Source: a virus (taxonomy: Duplodnaviria > Caudoviricetes). Taken from it: 56,506 nt of DNA. The translations under genes were made by a program, and so were the position numbers. Shown here one piece after another: positions 36,860-46,183 of the stretch (the stretch's first letter is position 1; the number at the start of each line of letters is the position of its first letter). The DNA is taken from positions 1-56,506 of the IMG/VR virus record IMGVR_UViG_3300019762_000009; one strand, written 5' to 3'. Under the pieces are notes generated by a model. The model was not told where the DNA came from. It did no database searches and worked only from the letters and a program-made list of their open reading frames with translations.

Positions 36860-38788
36860 TTAAACTAAAGCTCTCATCATCGCATAGTTAGAACCAGCAG
36901 CAGTTACCTGACTCAGTTCTCGCATTGAGGGAGCAATGTCCACACCGTATACAGGTTTATTACCTGTAATGATAAATTGAAAATCATCACCTACAATACC
37001 AGAGGGAAGTCTGAACGGTTTATTATCCCTCACATGATATGTGTAGATTTCTGTACCATCCACAATAAGAGTAAAGACTACCGTATACCAGTCTTTAAGC
37101 TTCTCCCTTAATTGGCTAAAAGCGTCCGCATTGATTCCCTGAGCATTGACAAGGTGTTCGTTAAAGCCACCCTGAAGATCGAGGTTCTCGAAGGCTTCTT
37201 TATATGCGGCACGAGCTTCATCGAACTTCTTCAGTTCCTCCTCAGAAGGTGGATAGGAAGAAACCTTTGCAGCACTCATGTTGGTTGGCCCCTGAGTACT
37301 TGTGTATCTCTTGGATTTCCAGACGAATAGTTTCTTACCAAACTCACTACTAGCCCACTTACGTAGAATACAAGTCTCTCCTGCATACTCTTTGATAAAG
37401 TATAAATCACCTTTGCTATGATCTACGTAGAAAGCTTCTGGAATAACATCAACGTAGGTTAGAGCAGAGTACTGTTCTGCAACATTTAAGAGGAAAGCCT
37501 CTTTGGGTCTATCCTTCGGATCGTATGCACAGAAGAGTTTGTCATCAAAGATAGACATTACCACAGTCTCAGGTCTAAGGTCTGCCCACTGAAATCTATC
37601 AAGGATTGCCAGAGACATCACAGAAGCTTCCTGAGAGGTGATAGAAACGATTCCAGTAGGTCCGGAATAGTAAACCCCTTTATCAGTACTTACGATGCTT
37701 CTGGTGGACATACAAGGAGCGTCCAGACCAAGGGGTTGAGTATAAACAGCAGCAGGGTCTTGCACGCCAAGAAGTACTGGACGACCTTTTGTCAGTACAA
37801 CCACAAAGTTACCGAAGGTTCCGAGACCCACAATAGGTTCGTCTACAGTAACTCGATACTTCTCAGGCCATGCATGGGGCTGGTAAGGCTCTGATAGATA
37901 TACATCGTTCCCTACGTATCCTGCCAAGACTCCATTAGAAACACTCACAAGACCTGTTAAGGCTGTCTGAGGGGGTGTCCAGTCACGGGATATAAGCTCC
38001 TCACCGAGGGCATCATCCTTGAGTTTGTCCAAATAATTGAACTTCCCATCTACGAAGGTTACGTTTTCAACAGAACCAGCCTTAGCGTCAGCGATGTTGA
38101 ATATAGTGACAAGTTGAAACTTAGTTAACTTTGTTCCTGTAGCGCTACGATAGATGCCAATTCTATTAACGTCAGGTCGTTCTATAGAAGGATCATCAAT
38201 GCCCGTAATATTAACTTCAGTAGAGAAGTCAACGTCAATGTAAGCCTTGTCTTCTGCTGTCTTTGCAGGGAGACCACTCTGTGATTCATCTAACTTAGTC
38301 TGTTCAGACCACTCACGAGCGTATGTAATAACATAAGCTCTGGAGTCCTTCACCTCAGCGGGGACTTCTACAGGAGCCATAGTGGGGGCGTTGGGTGTAG
38401 GGAGCCCGAGAGGGTATGTGTTAGAGTCGTTAGCAGTCACTGCGTCCGCAGGAAGAATTGTGCTGTCGAAACAACGGGCGTTGCCAGTGGGGAATGTCAA
38501 GAACATTCTATTGAACTTGTCATTATATACTGGACCTTTAACAATATTTACTGGAGTGTCCCAAAACAACCATTGATCTGTACGATCGGGCATCCGCTCA
38601 TACAAGAAAAGGCTCTGATAATTACTACCAGAGCCTTCTAAAGTCTTGATTGTCAGATCGTCATCCCAACAAGTCAAAGTACCACGGTCGGTCTTCGCAT
38701 TGATTGAGTATGCAGATTGAGCATTAGCAAGAAGATGCTCATCTAGTCTTGGAGACATCCCTGAGAAAGAGTGTACAGAGATGTTCAT
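36860..38788 (-). CDS. Tail nozzle/stabilisation protein (tail tubular B-like)
   Basis: 642 aa, beta-rich; FSGMSPR N-terminus, YLSEPYQPHAWP, PFRLPSG C-terminus. Confidence 0.75.
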   Translation of the reverse strand: MNISVHSFSGMSPRLDEHLLANAQSAYSINAKTDRGTLTCWDDDLTIKTLEGSGSNYQSLFLYERMPDRTDQWLFWDTPVNIVKGPVYNDKFNRMFLTFPTGNARCFDSTILPADAVTANDSNTYPLGLPTPNAPTMAPVEVPAEVKDSRAYVITYAREWSEQTKLDESQSGLPAKTAEDKAYIDVDFSTEVNITGIDDPSIERPDVNRIGIYRSATGTKLTKFQLVTIFNIADAKAGSVENVTFVDGKFNYLDKLKDDALGEELISRDWTPPQTALTGLVSVSNGVLAGYVGNDVYLSEPYQPHAWPEKYRVTVDEPIVGLGTFGNFVVVLTKGRPVLLGVQDPAAVYTQPLGLDAPCMSTRSIVSTDKGVYYSGPTGIVSITSQEASVMSLAILDRFQWADLRPETVVMSIFDDKLFCAYDPKDRPKEAFLLNVAEQYSALTYVDVIPEAFYVDHSKGDLYFIKEYAGETCILRKWASSEFGKKLFVWKSKRYTSTQGPTNMSAAKVSSYPPSEEELKKFDEARAAYKEAFENLDLQGGFNEHLVNAQGINADAFSQLREKLKDWYTVVFTLIVDGTEIYTYHVRDNKPFRLPSGIVGDDFQFIITGNKPVYGVDIAPSMRELSQVTAAGSNYAMMRALV

Positions 38789-38797
38789 ATTAAATTC

Positions 38798-39163
38798 CTA
38801 AGAGTTGAGGTCTGGTTCAGTAGGCCAGATTACGTCATCGGGGAAACCTTCTTGGTTCTTGACTTCGAAGACGTCCTGACAATAAGTATCCCAAAGTTCT
38901 ATACGAGCAGCAATTTTACGTTCCTCTGCATGGTTTCCTGCACGAGTAGCAATACGCATTTCTCGTTCAAGCATCATGGCTGTGCCATCAGAATCCGCCA
39001 AGAGTCTGTTCCGTTCGTTGATAACTGCGAGTGCATTATCAACAACCCAGCCGTCTGTTCCACAGATTTCGTTAGCTTTTGGCTTACGAGACACGTATAC
39101 CCACTCGTCAGATGGTGGATCACCAAAAGGCATTACCTGCGTTGTTCCAATTTTAGCAATCAT
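38798..39163 (-). CDS. Tail fibre assembly chaperone-like protein
   Basis: ERNRLLADSD and C-terminal QEGFPDDVIWPTEP; follows the fibre gene. Confidence 0.75.
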   Translation of the reverse strand: MIAKIGTTQVMPFGDPPSDEWVYVSRKPKANEICGTDGWVVDNALAVINERNRLLADSDGTAMMLEREMRIATRAGNHAEERKIAARIELWDTYCQDVFEVKNQEGFPDDVIWPTEPDLNS

Positions 39164-39164
39164 A

Positions 39165-40763
39165 TTAAACCCCTAATATAGATACGGCTCTTACACCAAG
39201 TTTCTTGTCAAGCTTACCATAAATTCTCCACCAGAACTGAGTGCCATCACCAGCAAGAGTGGAAAGATCGGCAGCATAAGCCATCTGCATATCCCCATAA
39301 GCATTCGGATCAGCAGGGGTTTCTCTACCCAAACCTTCCGGATAGTAAATAGGGGACCATGTAGCTCTATTATCCTTGCTGAAGTAAATAGTGAAATCAC
39401 CGTACTCGACATCTGCAATACCAATACCCTGAACGAGTGCCTGAACACTATTATATCCGCTGAAATCATGAGGACCAGACTGGAGTACCATAGTACCTTG
39501 AGAAGCCTGTTCACAAATTGCGGAAATCTTAATGGTCTTGCCCCAGTTGGCGTAGAAGGTAGGTGTAAAAGAAGCACCTACTGCTTGGTGCCCAACGATA
39601 GATGCGATGTCCTGTGCTGGGCTTGCGTCACTCAACAGACCGTTCGTCATGAACAGCCCCACATTATATCTAGCCCCGTCATCAGGAAGAGCGAGGTTAC
39701 CTGTGTCCCATGTCATCTTACCAGTAGTCTGTACACCATTAGTGAAACGAGCAACTACTTCATATGTAGGGGCTGTTCCGATTGCCTGATTAGTCTTCAG
39801 GATGTACAACTCAGGACTAGCGAATGCAGTACCGTGGTATGCGGAGACTTCCTTCAGTGAGGTCCCGTTGGTAAGAGACTGTTCGCAGTTGATCCAAAGG
39901 TAACTACCAGTAGAACCAGCGGAATCCCCAGTACAAACATCGAAGTTGTTCACCTCTGTTGTGATACCAGAAGTATATGCTTTGTTGGCTGCATCATAAG
40001 AACACTGGTAAGTCTCAATACCAGAAGTAAATTCGGACAAGAAGATTTCCTGTAACAAGCCACTGAAGCTGAATCGTTCTTTCATTGCCAAGACATCGAC
40101 TTTATAAGAAGTCATCATGGCCAAGTACTCAAGATCAGAAAGGTCTGTTGCGGGAGCGAACTTCTCAACCATGTACTTAACACCCCAAGGGTTGACGTGG
40201 AAGTCCTGCTGACCAGAGCCAGCGTCCATGTCAGAAGTACTAGCAAGCTTGGTGACACCATACTTGTTGAGGTCACCACGAGTGTTATTAAAGGTGTACG
40301 GAGTGATAGCTACACTGGTTGCTGCACCACCAGAGGCTTCCACAAGAGTTGCCATACGAGTTGTGCCACGATCAGTCAAGGAGGCTTCTGCCTGCTTGAA
40401 CACCTGTGCGGATATAGCTTTGGTATTATCTACCCCTGCGTAGGCTTCTTCTTTCGTTGCGTAAGTTACGTTGAGGATTTCTTTAAGAGACTGCTCAGTG
40501 AGCCGATTCTCTACGATACTACCTACTTGAAAGGCTCTAGCAGTTGTGTCTTCCTGTGCCCGTATAACAGTAAGAGTGTTTCCTGAGAGACCAGTACATT
40601 TCATGATCTCCATATTATCGGCGTCATCAACGACAGTAATCATGAAGTAGTCTCCGGCAGATAAAGCAGGAAAGACTGCTCCGTCAACTACAGTTAGTGT
40701 TGTTGTAGAATCGGAGCAAGAAGCACCCAACTTAGAGGATGCGTTATTCGCAAATTCAATCAT
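39165..40763 (-). CDS. Tail fibre/receptor-binding protein
   Basis: FANNA...EIMKCT...RAQEDT N-terminus and repeated G-x-x-x-(L/M)A(T/S) fibre units. Confidence 0.8.
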   Translation of the reverse strand: MIEFANNASSKLGASCSDSTTTLTVVDGAVFPALSAGDYFMITVVDDADNMEIMKCTGLSGNTLTVIRAQEDTTARAFQVGSIVENRLTEQSLKEILNVTYATKEEAYAGVDNTKAISAQVFKQAEASLTDRGTTRMATLVEASGGAATSVAITPYTFNNTRGDLNKYGVTKLASTSDMDAGSGQQDFHVNPWGVKYMVEKFAPATDLSDLEYLAMMTSYKVDVLAMKERFSFSGLLQEIFLSEFTSGIETYQCSYDAANKAYTSGITTEVNNFDVCTGDSAGSTGSYLWINCEQSLTNGTSLKEVSAYHGTAFASPELYILKTNQAIGTAPTYEVVARFTNGVQTTGKMTWDTGNLALPDDGARYNVGLFMTNGLLSDASPAQDIASIVGHQAVGASFTPTFYANWGKTIKISAICEQASQGTMVLQSGPHDFSGYNSVQALVQGIGIADVEYGDFTIYFSKDNRATWSPIYYPEGLGRETPADPNAYGDMQMAYAADLSTLAGDGTQFWWRIYGKLDKKLGVRAVSILGV

Positions 40764-40774
40764 ATGAAATTCCT

Positions 40775-41461
40775 TTACTCTTCTAAATATTTAAAACTAA
40801 GTTCTCCGGATACTTCAACTTCTTCTGGAACTACTATGATCACTTCAGCCAAACCCTCGGAGGAAGGGACAATGATATCAGCGTCTTGCAAGTCTTTCTT
40901 ATTAATTAATAAGGCTATACCACCTTTAAAAAGGACCACACCTCGTGCTTCTGCAAGAGCAGATACGCTAAGCTGTGCAGAAACGGGCTGAAATCCGAAG
41001 CCTCTTGTGGTACATTTACCAACTGTACTACAAAACACCCAAGGAGTTCCTAAGCAAGTGATCCAAGGATCATTCACTATAACTGTTGGGTACACCATCT
41101 GATTGCCTGAGCATCCCGTTACAGAGTGTGCTGAGAGGGCGGCAATAATTTTCGGAGTGGCTTTTGCTTGGCAAGAAGCGGTGGCTGTGAGTCTAGCTGT
41201 AACCGCTGTAACAACAGAGGCTTTTAGAATAGTCGCTATAGAAGTACCTGTAGTGGTTCCAGTACCGAAGGTTAACATGATTGCTGTACCTTGGACACTA
41301 GCTGTACCAGTGGTAAAACCGGAACCGATAAGAACTGGAACACCATTACCATTAACCTGAGCAACTGCCGTTACTCTTGCTTGTGGTTGGACCAACTGAC
41401 TTCCGTTGATCGTGACCACGTTTAAGGCATGGCAGTTTAGTGTACCTCGTCCTAAGAGCAT
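40775..41461 (-). CDS. Putative structural protein (T/A/V-rich)
   Basis: 228 aa within the tail cluster. Confidence 0.7.
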   Translation of the reverse strand: MLLGRGTLNCHALNVVTINGSQLVQPQARVTAVAQVNGNGVPVLIGSGFTTGTASVQGTAIMLTFGTGTTTGTSIATILKASVVTAVTARLTATASCQAKATPKIIAALSAHSVTGCSGNQMVYPTVIVNDPWITCLGTPWVFCSTVGKCTTRGFGFQPVSAQLSVSALAEARGVVLFKGGIALLINKKDLQDADIIVPSSEGLAEVIIVVPEEVEVSGELSFKYLEE

Positions 41462-41465
41462 AAAC

Positions 41466-41867
41466 TTATTCCAGAGTAATGATCAGGTCATTAGGAAGAA
41501 TACGGAAAGAACCACCTGTGCGGATCACGTATTCTGTAGGAAATACTCCGTAGTAGAGTACGTTACCATTAGTTGCAGCATCCATAATAGCGAATGCTTT
41601 AACTGATCTCCAGTTAGCAGTAGCAGTAGGGAAGATAACTTCCGCATTGTTACGTACTGTCTGTGTGTCTACTCGGTCCAGAATACCTGTAAGTTCTGAA
41701 CGTGTGTAACCACCAGTATTTACCTCAGTCTGAACTCCAGTGGAGTTCTCTTCAAGACCTGCTGTGTCTTCAAACAGAGCCAAATAAACCCGCTCAGGGG
41801 CTGCAAAGGAAATCTGTCGAAGAGTATGGTCAAGAATGTTCTGTTCTGTATAATTACTAAAGCCCAT
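41466..41867 (-). CDS. Small tail-associated structural protein
   Basis: FSNYTE...YLALF...GGYTR...FPTATANW...DAATNGN motif pattern. Confidence 0.75.
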   Translation of the reverse strand: MGFSNYTEQNILDHTLRQISFAAPERVYLALFEDTAGLEENSTGVQTEVNTGGYTRSELTGILDRVDTQTVRNNAEVIFPTATANWRSVKAFAIMDAATNGNVLYYGVFPTEYVIRTGGSFRILPNDLIITLE

Positions 41868-42511
41868 TAAAATGCTCCAAAAGGTCTGTTTTTAACTTTG
41901 AGAGATACATTCTGACGAGACTTAATAGTCTTAGTCTTCGCACGGGAAAGACCTGCACGATACTCATCAGAGTGGTATCCGACCAACTGAGGATTAGCCC
42001 AGTCTTTACCAGACATTGCGAAGAGTCTGGCAAGAGTTCCGTGTGCTATAGTCTCTGCCCAATTCTCATACAGAAAATCAGGAAGTTCTTTAGCATCACG
42101 TTTAGGCTTCATTGAAATCTGTACCTGCAAACCATCCTCAATGAGTTCTGTAGGTTCAGGATACAGTCGAATAGAATGGGAAGTATCCATAAAAAATTTC
42201 GTGGGTACTCGACCTGTCTTACTTCTCCAATCGGGTTCTTCTGTATTAAGTGCATCAAGCGTAGTTTGAATAAGAGGTCTTCCTTCGCAAAGAGCGAGGC
42301 TTGCCTCTACCGCTACCGCTTGCTCTTCCGGCATGAAAGTGTACCGAGGGACATTTGGAATCACTGAGGTCTTCTCGCTGATTCGTGTCCAGAGTTGACT
42401 CCTTTCGCAGAAGTCCAGAAGAGTCGATGCAAGAGCCGAGTTCAAGATTGCAAGAGGGCAACCCTGCACATTCGGCTGAATGTATGGGAGGAACTGAGAT
42501 GTCTGAGCCAT
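41867..42511 (-). CDS. Head-tail adaptor/tail tubular A-like protein
   Basis: VQGCP...DFCERS...IRLYPEP motifs; position after the capsid cluster. Confidence 0.7.
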   Translation of the reverse strand: MAQTSQFLPYIQPNVQGCPLAILNSALASTLLDFCERSQLWTRISEKTSVIPNVPRYTFMPEEQAVAVEASLALCEGRPLIQTTLDALNTEEPDWRSKTGRVPTKFFMDTSHSIRLYPEPTELIEDGLQVQISMKPKRDAKELPDFLYENWAETIAHGTLARLFAMSGKDWANPQLVGYHSDEYRAGLSRAKTKTIKSRQNVSLKVKNRPFGAF

Positions 42512-42513
42512 CT

Positions 42514-43266
42514 TTATACTCCTGTTGCTGTTGCTGTAACTTGTTCAGGTACTCTTCCAACCTTTGGTTCAACGAGAACACTAGCTTGGTATTCAATTCC
42601 GAGAGCCTGATAGAAAGACTTCTCATATCTTTGAGCCATTGTAGGACCAATAGTAGAACCATCGTCAACGCTATAGAGTAGATAGAGCATGTAGTTAACA
42701 ATAGCTCCCATGAAGACCCGATCAAGTGGGATGTCCATGTCCAGAATTTCATTATTCTCTCCAGTATATCGTTCTGCAAAACTTGGAATCCCATAAGAGT
42801 AATCCAGTTCGATGTGAGTGTAAGAGGTGGGATCAGCAGGTACTGGAGTTTTAATCGGTGCAGAAACCCAAAAAGTCTTCGGTGTCTTTAGACTATACGC
42901 AAACTCTCTAACATATGTTACACCTTCACCTTCGTGCCAGTTACTAAAGTAGTCAAGGTCATCTCGATCAACTTGCAAGATAGGTCCGGCTGGTGTATAG
43001 AGTGGATCATTTGTTTCAGGATCATTACCTGCTGGCTCCATATTTCTGGATATGTTTATAAGAGAATATCCGTCTTCGGGCAAGCTCTGTCGAGTGCCAC
43101 CCCGAAGTCCCACAACTTCTGTCTTGACGTGGGAATCAGGGCGGCTCATAATCAACTGATTGATAGAGTCATCAAGGAACTCAAGGTAGCCTGTGAACGG
43201 AACTCGAATGTAGTCTTTATCATTATACCTTGAAGAGGCTCTCTCCAAGATGTCTCTAACTTTCAT
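42514..43266 (-). CDS. Putative adaptor/virion structural protein
   Basis: 250 aa; GTRQSLP...INISRN, AIVNYMLY. Confidence 0.65.
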   Translation of the reverse strand: MKVRDILERASSRYNDKDYIRVPFTGYLEFLDDSINQLIMSRPDSHVKTEVVGLRGGTRQSLPEDGYSLINISRNMEPAGNDPETNDPLYTPAGPILQVDRDDLDYFSNWHEGEGVTYVREFAYSLKTPKTFWVSAPIKTPVPADPTSYTHIELDYSYGIPSFAERYTGENNEILDMDIPLDRVFMGAIVNYMLYLLYSVDDGSTIGPTMAQRYEKSFYQALGIEYQASVLVEPKVGRVPEQVTATATGV

Positions 43267-43275
43267 ATAAAACTC

Positions 43276-43860
43276 CTATGCGGAATGTTCAGTGATAGCT
43301 ACTGGTGCGCCACGGTGTTCCTGTGGGGTCAGTACGTTAGTATCATCTGCTTCGTCTGCGTAGCGAACAAATGTGTAGTTTACAACATTGACATCATGCT
43401 TGTCATAAATCCAACGACCCTGATCGTTAACCTTGCCGGAGAAACGAAGTTGTGTTTCTACTGCGTCTTTAACAGGACCGTCGAGAACATACTTAGGAAG
43501 AGTAACTTCAACATTGTAAGGAATGTAGAAGGAACGACCATTGTGTCCGATCTGCAAGTAAGGTAGACCACGTTCGTCGTTGTATGGAGGTGCATGAAAG
43601 ACGCATACTACATTGCGTGTCTGTGCAGGAGTAAGAACAACTTCTTCATGGAGCTTGTCCCACTTACGCAATTCAGAGATTGCAATGTGTCGAATCAGAC
43701 GACCTTCTACAGAACGTGGCAGCTTGTTAATGTCGATGTCACGATCGTAGAGGAGGCAAGTCAGTTCATCTTCAGTCAATTCGTTGTAAGGTTTGTCCTT
43801 AAAATTTGTATTCATGCGGTCGTCGAGAAGACTCTTCTTCTTATCTGATTTCTTAGACAT
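43276..43860 (-). CDS. Hypothetical protein downstream of the capsid gene
   Basis: 194 aa; GHNGRSFYIPYNVEVTLP. Confidence 0.75.
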   Translation of the reverse strand: MSKKSDKKKSLLDDRMNTNFKDKPYNELTEDELTCLLYDRDIDINKLPRSVEGRLIRHIAISELRKWDKLHEEVVLTPAQTRNVVCVFHAPPYNDERGLPYLQIGHNGRSFYIPYNVEVTLPKYVLDGPVKDAVETQLRFSGKVNDQGRWIYDKHDVNVVNYTFVRYADEADDTNVLTPQEHRGAPVAITEHSA

Positions 43861-43887
43861 ATTAAAATCCTTTAGTTATATAGTAGG

Positions 43888-43915
43888 AAGAGGGGTAGGT
43901 AAGCCCACCCCTCTT
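43888..43915 (-). terminator. Hairpin after the major capsid gene
   Basis: AAGAGGGGT...ACCCCTCTT inverted repeat. Confidence 0.6.
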
Positions 43916-43925
43916 AGAGAATCAA

Positions 43926-44900
43926 TTATGCAGTAGCAGCAACTTCTGCACGTACCAGAGCATTCTGGTTGAGGATCACACAAGTCTGCATGGTCTTCCA
44001 ACCGATAGCGCATTTCTGGTTCAGTGGGTTAGTCATGTCTGGACCGTTCACGATCTGAGGTTTCAGGGAGCCATGACCTCGCAGAGGTACGATACCGAAA
44101 GCATCTTCTGCGATAAAGAGGATTGGGTAAACGTCTGCTTTAACACCATCAGTGGAAAGCATTGTACCTGCATCACCACCAGCATTGGCCCAAGGCTCAA
44201 GGATAGGAGATGTGATGTAGCGAACGCCTTCAACAGAACCGAGTTCGTAAGGGAAAGCCTGACGGGAACCGTAGTCGATTACGTCTTTGAAGCCTTTCAT
44301 ATCACGAATATCGGAGGAGCAATCAACGTGACACAGAGCGATGAAACAAGCGTCAACAGCTTCGGTACCATAGTTGGTGGAGGAAGCGGTGCGTTTTGTT
44401 ACAGGCTTAGCTGCGTTACGACGAAGAGTACGTTCTACTTTACGCTGAAGCTCACGAGTGATCGGAGTGTTAACGTCAGTACGCTGTGTACCGTTTGCAT
44501 AAAATACGTTAGTGCCTGCTTTCAGGATGTTGTAACGCATTGTTTCGAGGAGACGAGCAGCCTGTTCACCGAGAACTTCAGATGCCTGAGTCAGGATCGG
44601 GGAGTCTTCAGTGTCAACAACAACGTCAGAGAAGTACATAAGGTCGCCGAACTGCTGTACAGTACAAGTGATTTCTTCGTACTTGAGCTGTTCACCGGAA
44701 GGTGCTACGCCTTCAGTCAATTCTACAGGAGTAGCATCGAGAGGCAGGTAACGGCGGAACTTCATGTTCTTGGAGTTATGCTGTGGCAGTTCAAAAACCT
44801 GTCCCCACGGTTCGATAACCATATTGGGGATCATGCGCTTCAGCATTTTCTGCTGAGCCATTGCAGGAACCATAGGAGAAATATTAGCAGTGGTATTCAT
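43926..44900 (-). CDS. Major capsid protein (N4-gp56-like family)
   Basis: MKFRRY, LTEGVAPSG, ELGSVEGVRYI, DVYPIL, NPLNQ..IGWK; follows the scaffold gene. Confidence 0.88.
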   Translation of the reverse strand: MNTTANISPMVPAMAQQKMLKRMIPNMVIEPWGQVFELPQHNSKNMKFRRYLPLDATPVELTEGVAPSGEQLKYEEITCTVQQFGDLMYFSDVVVDTEDSPILTQASEVLGEQAARLLETMRYNILKAGTNVFYANGTQRTDVNTPITRELQRKVERTLRRNAAKPVTKRTASSTNYGTEAVDACFIALCHVDCSSDIRDMKGFKDVIDYGSRQAFPYELGSVEGVRYITSPILEPWANAGGDAGTMLSTDGVKADVYPILFIAEDAFGIVPLRGHGSLKPQIVNGPDMTNPLNQKCAIGWKTMQTCVILNQNALVRAEVAATA

Positions 44901-44915
44901 TTGTTGTCCTTCTTA

Positions 44916-45962
44916 CTAAATTGTATTTTGCTTGAGTTTTTTACCGGCAAGCTCAAAAGCCTGTTCGGGAGTCAAATTTTGATAAGTGTCTTTCTGCGGA
45001 TCGGCTTCGGAAGTACCTGAGAACTCAGGACGTGCAGCAGTCTTAACTGCAAGGGCTGCAGCTACACGGCTTGTAATATCGTCAAGGTCCAAAGATTCAG
45101 GCAGATCGGCAGTAGAAGTCTGAGACTTCAATCCTGTCTGTTTCTGTGTGGCAGGGGCTTTACGTGTATGAGTCTTAACAGTAGTCATATTGTTGTCCTG
45201 CTTAAACTGATCGAGCATACTGATGACTTCTTCAGTGTTACCTGCGGAAAGAACGTGAGATACGCTGTTCCGCATGTATGCGGGAAGCTTAGCAGACCAT
45301 GCTTCGATCTTACCAGAATCAAGAAGGTCTTTCCAATCAGGGTGAGCCTGTCCAATTTTCTGGAAGTGGTTGCTCTGAGAACTCTGAGCCATGTAGCTTT
45401 TCAGCGGATCAAGCTCCTGAGCCATACGGTTAACCAAGTTGTCTTCAACAGACTTCAAACGCATCTGAGCTACCTGATCTACAAGATCGGGAAGTTCAGG
45501 GAAGTCTTCAAGGAGGTCGTTATACTTTTCCTTGAGAGCTTCTCGTTCAGCTTTAATAGGATCGACATTCTGATCTTTGATAGCATCACGAGAAGAGTTA
45601 CGAAGAGCTTCTGCCTGTGCTTCCGCAGCAGCCTTTTGCGCTTCATATGCAGCCATCTGAGCAGCGATCAGTTGAGTCTCCTGCTGCTGTGCTATCTTCT
45701 GCCAAGCAGAATCAGCATCTTCAGTGTCGTCAGTATCGGTATCAGTGGTTGCAGATTCTTCAACAACATCAGTAGTATCTTCAGTTGTTTCAGTAGTCTC
45801 TGTGGATTCTTCTTCACCGGATTCAGCATCCGCAGAGTCATTAGAAATTTCAGAGGTCTGTTCTTCAGTATCTGTCCCGTCTTCCATCTTAGCACGAGCA
45901 GCTTCGAAGAGTTCTTCTTCGGTCATCTGTGGAGTTTCTACATTAGTTTCGTTGTCAGACAT
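44916..45962 (-). CDS. Capsid scaffolding protein
   Basis: Very acidic N-terminus, coiled coil and AHPDW motif; lies between portal and capsid. Confidence 0.75.
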   Translation of the reverse strand: MSDNETNVETPQMTEEELFEAARAKMEDGTDTEEQTSEISNDSADAESGEEESTETTETTEDTTDVVEESATTDTDTDDTEDADSAWQKIAQQQETQLIAAQMAAYEAQKAAAEAQAEALRNSSRDAIKDQNVDPIKAEREALKEKYNDLLEDFPELPDLVDQVAQMRLKSVEDNLVNRMAQELDPLKSYMAQSSQSNHFQKIGQAHPDWKDLLDSGKIEAWSAKLPAYMRNSVSHVLSAGNTEEVISMLDQFKQDNNMTTVKTHTRKAPATQKQTGLKSQTSTADLPESLDLDDITSRVAAALAVKTAARPEFSGTSEADPQKDTYQNLTPEQAFELAGKKLKQNTI

Positions 45963-45970
45963 TACGTCTC

Positions 45971-46183
45971 CTAAAGTTTTATAGTTAAGTCTCTTTTATC
46001 GAACTCACTGAGGATAGAGTGAAGACTATGGAGTTCGCCCACGAGGTTATGCATAGTCTGGATATCAGATGCATGTGCAAGCTGTGCTGCTACCTCTAAG
46101 TACTTGTCTTCGAATGTTCTCAGAAAGCCGAGGTACAAAGGTGTACCCCGACAATCTGATAAAAGTTTTTTAAGGTTGTGCAT
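45971..46183 (-). CDS. Small hypothetical protein after the portal
   Basis: 70 aa overlapping the portal end. Confidence 0.7.
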   Translation of the reverse strand: MHNLKKLLSDCRGTPLYLGFLRTFEDKYLEVAAQLAHASDIQTMHNLVGELHSLHSILSEFDKRDLTIKL